Below are positions 7,672 to 14,100 of a stretch of DNA of 17,866 nucleotides, piece after piece. The DNA is from Promethearchaeota archaeon. GTDB taxonomy: Archaea; Asgardarchaeota; Odinarchaeia; Odinarchaeales; JBHLKK01. The notes under the pieces were generated by a model, which saw only the letters and a program-made list of their open reading frames with translations, was not told where the DNA came from and ran no database searches. Numbering within the stretch: the first letter of the stretch is position 1; each line of letters opens with the position of its first letter. The position numbers were made by a program, and so were the translations under genes. The stretch spans positions 1-17,866 of the forward strand of contig JBHLPL010000034.1 of NCBI GenBank assembly GCA_048939465.1. Direction: 5' to 3'.

Positions 7672-8973
7672 TTGATACTCGGGCGATGGACTAAACCATT
7701 CATTTTGGCTTTAATCCTGATTTCTATGCTTAGTGTCATTCCCGTATCAAAACAGCAAAACCAATGGAGTACGCCCGTAAGAATCGTATCCGGCTCTAGC
7801 CGAAGTATATCCTTAGACAGAGCAATCTGTGTCGATTCTCTAGATAACGTTCATATTGTGTGCTTCGATGCGAGCAACGGTGCTATCCTATATGTATATA
7901 ACAACTCAGGAAGTTTTGCGAACATAGAAGTTGGTACAGGCATCTTCCCGGCCATCGCTATAGACTCCTCCAACAAAATTCATATCACATATGCTGGACT
8001 TGACGGTAGCCCTGATAATGACTTCGAAATCTTTTATACCAATAACACAAATGGATCGTTTCCAATACCGGAAAACCTAACAGAGAATAGCATCATAGAT
8101 GCTCTCCCGGATATTGCAATAGATACCTCAGACATCATTCATCTAGTCTATGAAGCCAATGTAACCAAAGTCGGAATCTTCTATTTGAATAGCAGTGGTG
8201 GCTTTTCAGGAATTCCAATAAGAATTACAAACGAAAGTTATCAGGAGGAATTAATGCCAACAATAGCCGTAAATTCATCACTTGTCTACGTAGTGTACTC
8301 AGGAAACATGACCTCCAATGCAACTGATGTTCTTCACGCAAACAGCTCAGCAGGTTTCTTCCCTAACTCGACTAGAATAGACAGTCCCACTGAAATCAGC
8401 GCCATACCATCAATAGCCATTGATTCCACGGGGGTAATACACCTGGTCTACGAGGGGGTTGGGAGCGACACCAACTATATTCTCTATGTTAACAACAGCG
8501 AAGGTTTCTTTGGAGTACCGACGGTCGTGGTAAGTGGCGATGTTGGCTCACCATCTATCGCAACTGATTCTCTAGGTGGCGTCCATATCGCTTATGTTGG
8601 GTGGGACGGAGAGGATTTTGAGATCTACTATGTGAATGGGACCTCTGGTTCCTTCGGAACACCAACGGCAATAACAGACAACATAGGCGAGCAGGATCTA
8701 CATCCGTCGATTATTGTAGACTTGGCCGGTTATATCCACATTGTTTATGTAAAGGGAGTGTTTATACAGGTGGTAGGAGCCGTTCGGGGGGAGGTATTTT
8801 ACGTAACAACTTCGCCATACCCCCCAAAAGGAATAGCAGAGGGGTTTCCGCTTATAACAATCCTGATGATAACGGTGATCGTTGTGATTATTGTGGCGGG
8901 GGTAGTATTGACTCTGTGGAAACGGAGGCCGAAAGAAGAAGCTCTACTCGGAGGATGGACCAAGAAGGACTAG
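7672..8973 (+). CDS. Secreted, C-terminally membrane-anchored repeat glycoprotein (probable 7-bladed beta-propeller)
   Basis: N-terminal signal-like segment; seven repeats of P-x-I-A-I-D-S-x-G-x-I-H-[IL]-V-Y...Y-x-N-x-S-G-x-F; C-terminal TM helix followed by KRR. TTG start with GGAGGGAAG upstream. Confidence 0.75.
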   Translation: MILGRWTKPFILALILISMLSVIPVSKQQNQWSTPVRIVSGSSRSISLDRAICVDSLDNVHIVCFDASNGAILYVYNNSGSFANIEVGTGIFPAIAIDSSNKIHITYAGLDGSPDNDFEIFYTNNTNGSFPIPENLTENSIIDALPDIAIDTSDIIHLVYEANVTKVGIFYLNSSGGFSGIPIRITNESYQEELMPTIAVNSSLVYVVYSGNMTSNATDVLHANSSAGFFPNSTRIDSPTEISAIPSIAIDSTGVIHLVYEGVGSDTNYILYVNNSEGFFGVPTVVVSGDVGSPSIATDSLGGVHIAYVGWDGEDFEIYYVNGTSGSFGTPTAITDNIGEQDLHPSIIVDLAGYIHIVYVKGVFIQVVGAVRGEVFYVTTSPYPPKGIAEGFPLITILMITVIVVIIVAGVVLTLWKRRPKEEALLGGWTKKD

Positions 8974-9002
8974 TTAGTCTCAACGGTTTGATTCAATAGC
9001 TG

Positions 9003-9518
9003 GTGGGTTTATTGAGGCTCAGTAAGGATGAGTACTACCTAGGAATTGCACAGGCTGTTTCTACCCGTTCAACCTGTCTAAGAAGAAGGTTCGGAGCAGT
9101 TATTGTGAGAGATGATGTTATAGTCAGCACGGGATATAATGGTGCGGCCAGAGGCGTTATTAATTGCCTTGAGGTTGGTTGCCTTAAGGATGAAGTAGGC
9201 GCTCCAGAATACTCAGGGTACGACTTCTGCATAGGAGTCCACGCAGAAGAGAATGCAATCATAAATGCGGCAAGGCACGGTGCTACTGTGAAAGATGGGA
9301 CATTATACATATTTGGGGAGTATGTCAAAGACCGGACATTCACGGAGGCTAGACCCTGCGAGAGATGCAAAAGAGCAATAATCAATGCAGGAATAAAACG
9401 CGTAATCACCAAAAAGATGGACGGGTCTATCGGAAAATACAACGTTGATGACTGGATTAAGGAGGATACGAAGCGATATTTGGAGAGACTAAGAAGGGAA
9501 AAAAAAGAAAGAGACTAG
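9003..9518 (+). CDS. dCMP deaminase / cytidine-deoxycytidylate deaminase family (ComEB-like)
   Basis: Zinc motifs HAEENAI and PCERC; RSTCLRRRFGAVIV; STGYNGAARG. Confidence 0.9.
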   Translation: MGLLRLSKDEYYLGIAQAVSTRSTCLRRRFGAVIVRDDVIVSTGYNGAARGVINCLEVGCLKDEVGAPEYSGYDFCIGVHAEENAIINAARHGATVKDGTLYIFGEYVKDRTFTEARPCERCKRAIINAGIKRVITKKMDGSIGKYNVDDWIKEDTKRYLERLRREKKERD

Positions 9519-9543
9519 CAAGAGTGGCGAGTCAAGACCTCTA

Positions 9544-10395
9544 TCAATGAGTGGGACTCTTCCTCAATACCTTTTCGGCTTCATGAAAGATTTTTTCAAT
9601 CTTGCTGTTTGAAAGCCCTGTTAATTGCGCTAACTCTTCCGTATCTTGTTCTAATAGATCACATAGAAACATTATCCCTAAATCTGAGAGGTGCCTTATA
9701 ACGGCCTTATCTATCGTTCTCAAAACCGTTACTGGATATAGGTTTTTCCGCTCGATTATGTCTCTGATACTGCCGTTATTTGGATAATTCCAGCAAATCA
9801 ACTTAATTCCCCGACATTTAGCGTACTTTTTCACGGCTTGCGAGGCTTTCGCGTTGCTTACAAACCAAACATTGTCAAGCTGCCTGCCTTTGCCCTTTTC
9901 CCAACCCTCCATCAGATCAAGAAAACGGGCATAGGTGAATAACATCTCTTTTAGTTCTATATGCTGCCCTTTCGTATTCCGATATTTGCATTCTATCATT
10001 GAGTGAATCTCTTCACCTTCTGAAGCTTTAACTGCAACCACATCAATCTCATGCTCCACGCATAGGCCTCTTACATTTTGTCGTAATTCGATCTTATAGT
10101 CGTATTTTTTGAGAAGCTCTCCAATGAAGGTTTCAAAAGGGTATCCGGTAGGTCCGAGACGCATAATGGCCTGTTTTAGACCATAACGACAAGCAGAATA
10201 GTGATCTCTCTTAGCCATTAGTTTGCAAGCCATATCCATAATTTTGTCTGTAGTTATCCCATCGTACATCTTCTTGGAGATGCTGTCCACTATTTCATCT
10301 GCCAGTCTCTTGGAGGCTCCTGCGCGCAACAGAGTTCTACGGATCTTGTTAGGTTGAAACTCTTCCATTTTCCCTGAGGCTTTTCTAACCAACAT
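9544..10395 (-). CDS. ATP-cone domain fused to Mrr-like PD-(D/E)XK endonuclease domain, with C-terminal HhH-like helix pair
   Basis: N-terminal LVRKASGKMEEFQPNKIRRTL (ATP-cone); PFETFIGELL...HEIDVVA...IECKY (nuclease motifs). ATG at 10395 preceded by GAGGA is preferred over the ORF-track start at 10440. Confidence 0.78.
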   Translation of the reverse strand: MLVRKASGKMEEFQPNKIRRTLLRAGASKRLADEIVDSISKKMYDGITTDKIMDMACKLMAKRDHYSACRYGLKQAIMRLGPTGYPFETFIGELLKKYDYKIELRQNVRGLCVEHEIDVVAVKASEGEEIHSMIECKYRNTKGQHIELKEMLFTYARFLDLMEGWEKGKGRQLDNVWFVSNAKASQAVKKYAKCRGIKLICWNYPNNGSIRDIIERKNLYPVTVLRTIDKAVIRHLSDLGIMFLCDLLEQDTEELAQLTGLSNSKIEKIFHEAEKVLRKSPTH

Positions 10396-10525
10396 CTTGA
10401 TTCCTCGAAAGCTAGAATCTTTTGGATTCTGTCGGCACAAAGGAGAGTAGCCTGTATAATTCTTATTATTGCCCCTAAAAAAGTCTTTACAGTAAGAGTC
10501 TTAGAGAATTTTACTAATTAGAAAA

Positions 10526-10711
10526 TGGTCCCGCCGACCGGATTTGAACCGGTGACCCTTACTGAAGCATCACCAATTTCAGTAATACTTTCTCGGTGTC
10601 TGCTGTCTGAGCACAGGTTGAGATACACAAGACAGGACGTCAAGCGCTACAGCCGAGTGCTCTGCGACTAAGCTTTCGCCGCCGTAAGCTTCTGCTTATG
10701 GCTACGGCGGG
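10526..10711 (-). tRNA. tRNA-Tyr(GTA) with three introns: 8/9 (10703-10675, 29 nt), 37/38 (10646-10598, 49 nt), about 43/44 (10591-10559, 33 nt)
   Basis: Acceptor stem CCCGCCG/CGGCGGG with C1:G72 and A73 (archaeal Tyr identity); encoded CCA; T arm ACCGG-TTCAAAT-CCGGT; anticodon stem CTCGG/CCGAG with loop CTGTAGA after intron removal. Spliced length 75 nt. BHB-type motifs at all three inserts. Confidence 0.88.
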
Positions 10712-10744
10712 TTGGCGGAACCATAGTTAATTGGTCAAGATTTT

Positions 10745-10756
10745 TTATTTAAACTT
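10745..10756 (-). promoter_or_regulatory. TATA box for tRNA-Tyr
   Basis: Minus strand AAGTTTAAATAA; the TATA box ends about 35 nt upstream of C1. Confidence 0.7.
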
Positions 10757-10790
10757 GTTGCTTCTGACAAGTGAAGAGTACCGTAGAAGA

Positions 10791-10802
10791 AAGTTTAAAT
10801 AA
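10791..10802 (+). promoter_or_regulatory. BRE/TATA for tRNA-Asp
   Basis: AGAAGAAAG-TTTAAATA about 28 nt upstream of G1 at 10830. Confidence 0.75.
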
Positions 10803-10829
10803 GATTTGCTATAGCTAATTCTTAACGAT

Positions 10830-10933
10830 GCCCGGGTGGTGTAGTCCGGTCTATCATCTGGGACTGTCAACATCATAAGTCCAGACAAGGCAGAGCTCCC
10901 AGGACTCGGGTTCAAATCCCGGCCCGGGCGCCA
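10830..10933 (+). tRNA. tRNA-Asp(GTC) with canonical 37/38 intron (10870-10895, 26 nt)
   Basis: GCCCGGG/CCCGGGC acceptor stem, G73, encoded CCA; anticodon stem TGGGA/TCCCA with loop CTGTCAC after splicing; BHB central helix CTGT/GCAG with bulges CA|A and AG|C. Confidence 0.93.
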
Positions 10934-10994
10934 CAATTATCAAAGAATTCTCCAGAAGGACATTGTGAAAAATCTAGTGCCTGAAGCAGCTTTA

Positions 10995-11008
10995 CGATAA
11001 ATTTATAA
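10995..11008 (+). promoter_or_regulatory. Putative BRE/TATA for rpoB
   Basis: CGATAAA-TTTATAA about 145 nt upstream of the ATG; SD GAGGTGGAG at 11142-11150. Confidence 0.5.
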
Positions 11009-11152
11009 GGAATCGGTTCTTCCATTATGCCAACCTTGGCGCTTTTTACATAACTGCTTGTAACTGGAGGCACCCTAAGAAGTTGGCCAGTCCAATAAAT
11101 CGCCTAGAAATGTCGCATGTTAGAAAAGCAGACGACCGTCTGAGGTGGAGCT

Positions 11153-14100
11153 ATGGCTAGGGCAATTGATAGATGGGAATTGATGACAACTTTCTTTGAA
11201 GAAAAAGGATTAGTAAGACAGCATCTTGATTCGTATAACTCCTTCATTAAAGAAGGACTCCAGCAGATTGTAGAAGAAGTTGGTAGAATTGAGCCAGATA
11301 TTGAAGGATTTTGTGTCGAATTTGGCAAGATTAGAGTAGAGGAGCCAAATGTTACCGAGGCCGATGGTTCAGTTAAGAAAGTAAGCCCAAGTGAGGCGCG
11401 TATCCGCAATCTGACATACTCGGCACCGATATACTTGGAAATGACTCCGGTACTCCAAGATTCAGAGACGGGTATTGAAGAACGTGGAGAAACAATCGAC
11501 ATCTACATCGGCAGAATACCTATTATGCTTAAATCGGAAAGATGCGGACTCGCTCACTTAAGTCCGGAGAATCTTGTAAAGGTTAACGAAGACCCGAGGG
11601 ATCCGGGCGGCTATTTCATAGTCAACGGATCAGAACGAGTACTGGTTACTCAAGAGGATCTGGCGCCCAACAGAATCTTAACTGAAGAAGCAGGAAGCAG
11701 TAGTTCCGCAACTCACGTAGCAAAGGTATTCTCGACAGCTCGCGGCTTCAGGGCTCCTGTAACACTGGAAAGAACCAAAGACAATGAATTAAGGGTTTCC
11801 TTCCCGTCGATACCGGGAAAAATCCCCTTGATAATTCTTGTGCGGGCCTTAGGACTTATCACAGACAAGGAGGTCATCGAGACTTTCTCTGAAGATTTTG
11901 AGATTCGGCGTGAGCTCATCCCTACCCTTGAGGCAGCGGCACCCATATACGTCCCTAAGGATCGAGAGGAAACAAGGAGAAATGCCCTAGACTATATCGG
12001 CAGAAGGGTTGCCATCGGTCAAACCATCGAATATCGGTTAAGACGCGCAGAACAGGTTTTAGATCGCTATCTTCTTCCCCACATAGGTATGAGGCAAGAA
12101 GATCGAATTAGGAAGGCATATTATCTTACGCAAATGGCTCAAAGGCTTATTGAACTAATTTTGGGAAAAAGAGCCAAGGACGATAAAGATCATTATTCAA
12201 ATAAAAGACTGAAGCTCGCAGGTGAGCTTCTAACAAGTCTGTTTCGGGTTGCATTTTTGAATCTTGTTAGAGACGTCAAATATCAGCTTGAACGAACTGC
12301 TGTTAGAGGTCGCAAGCCCAACATTCGTACGGCTGTACGAGCGGATGTGATAACAGAACGACTTAAACATGCATTAGCTACAGGGAACTGGGTCGGTGGA
12401 AAAGCAGGCGTAAGTCAGCTACTTGACAGAACAAACTATATATCAACGTTGAGCCATCTGAGAAGAATTGTTTCTCCTCTTAGCAGAAGTCAGCCTCATT
12501 TCGAGGCACGTGACCTTCATCCCACGCACTGGGGCCGGATATGTGTTGCTCCTTCAACCTTGGTAACGATGGCAGATAAGGTGACTCAAACTCCAATATC
12601 TGATTTAGAACAGAACTACTCGGAAAAGACGGTTGCAACGGTGAATCTGGCAGACTTCCGGATAGTTCCGTCAACACTACACGATTATCAGAAATTCTCA
12701 CCAATTAAGCTAAATAAGAGAGTTTACAGGATAACAACAATTAGCGGAAGAACCATTGAGGCAACAGCAGATCATCCATTCTTCACACTTAGAGGATGGG
12801 TTTCTGGAAAAGATCTTAATGTTAATGATAAAGTCTTGGTATTCCCAGGCATCGAGCCGATCGAGATTGAACCCATATTGGAGTCTCAGGGTGAAATCCT
12901 ATCGGAAAAGGAATTCCTTGAAGGTGAGTGGATAACCAAGCTAACAAGCTCGGAGAGAAAGCGATTAGCAGGATACGCTGAAGAATTAAAAGAAAAGGGG
13001 CTTCTGCCGCTCAAAAATACCAACCCCAAGTTGCCCATTGTCGCAAGATTGTTCGGATATATCATTACAGACGGCTCTGTTGGCAAGACAGTCGAGTTCT
13101 ACTGTGGCTGTAGAGAGGATGTTAAAGACATCCAAACAGATCTCCTAGAGCTGGGCTTCAAACCCACAAGCATTAGCACAAAAATCGGGACCTTTCCGGT
13201 TGATGGAGAAGAATTGACTTATACTACAGAAAGAACCACAAAGGGAGGTTCTTTCCTATCCCTCATGCTGGCCTTGGGCTGTCCGAGAGGGAAAAGAGTG
13301 TCACAGCCGTCGGTTTTTCCAAAATGGGTTCCTAATTCAAGCCTTCTAGTTCAGCGAGAGTTCCTTGCGGGCTATCTTGGCGGTGATGGTTCAGCACCTC
13401 GATTCTACAGAAGATCTGAAGAGGATAGAAAAGATAGCTATAAGATCAAGCTGGATAGAATCGCAGGTCACAAGGAGAAAGAGTTCGCATCAACCTTGAG
13501 AGAATTCTTTGAAAAGATGCGGAATTCGTTTAGAAATTTCAACATTAAAACACTTGGGATCGGATCTAAATCCTTAGACGACGAGAAGATTCAGGTTGGT
13601 CTTCAGTTTTCCCAAGAGCATTCTAACATTGTGAAAATCGCTAAGTTGATCGGATTCAGGTACTGTAAAGAAAAGCAAAGCAAAGCGGCGTTGGTTCAAG
13701 AGTATTTGAACTACAAAGAATGGGAGATTTCAATTAGGTCGAAATATGTCCAAGAAGCAATCACGCTATTCAAGAATGGGGTGACAAAACGAGAGATTGC
13801 TAAGCATCTCTCACTAAAGTTCAACAGAAACATCACCCACAGAGCTATTGATGGACTTTTGCTGCGAATTGATGAGCGTAAGAAGCTTGTAATGCCTAAA
13901 TCTTCCATGAATATCAACGACTTCCTCCTAGAAACTTGTGCAGACTTCGATAATGGATTCTTATATTTGCCTATCGATAGAATCGAGGAATCGCGCCTGG
14001 AAGATGTAAGGGATTTCACCACCGTTTCAAAGAATCATAACTTCATTGCAAACGGATTCTTAACACACAATTGTCCCAATGAGACCCCTGAGGGGCCCAA

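Noticed and set aside
8920-8973. Eukaryote-like sorting signals in the surface protein tail (EEALL, TKKD)
   Set aside because: Spacing does not match [DE]xxxL[LI], DxxLL or KKxx consensus.
10714-10723. Copy of the tRNA 3' end as an integrase att site
   Set aside because: It is inverted and lies in the 5' leader, whereas att duplications are direct repeats; no integrase in the window.
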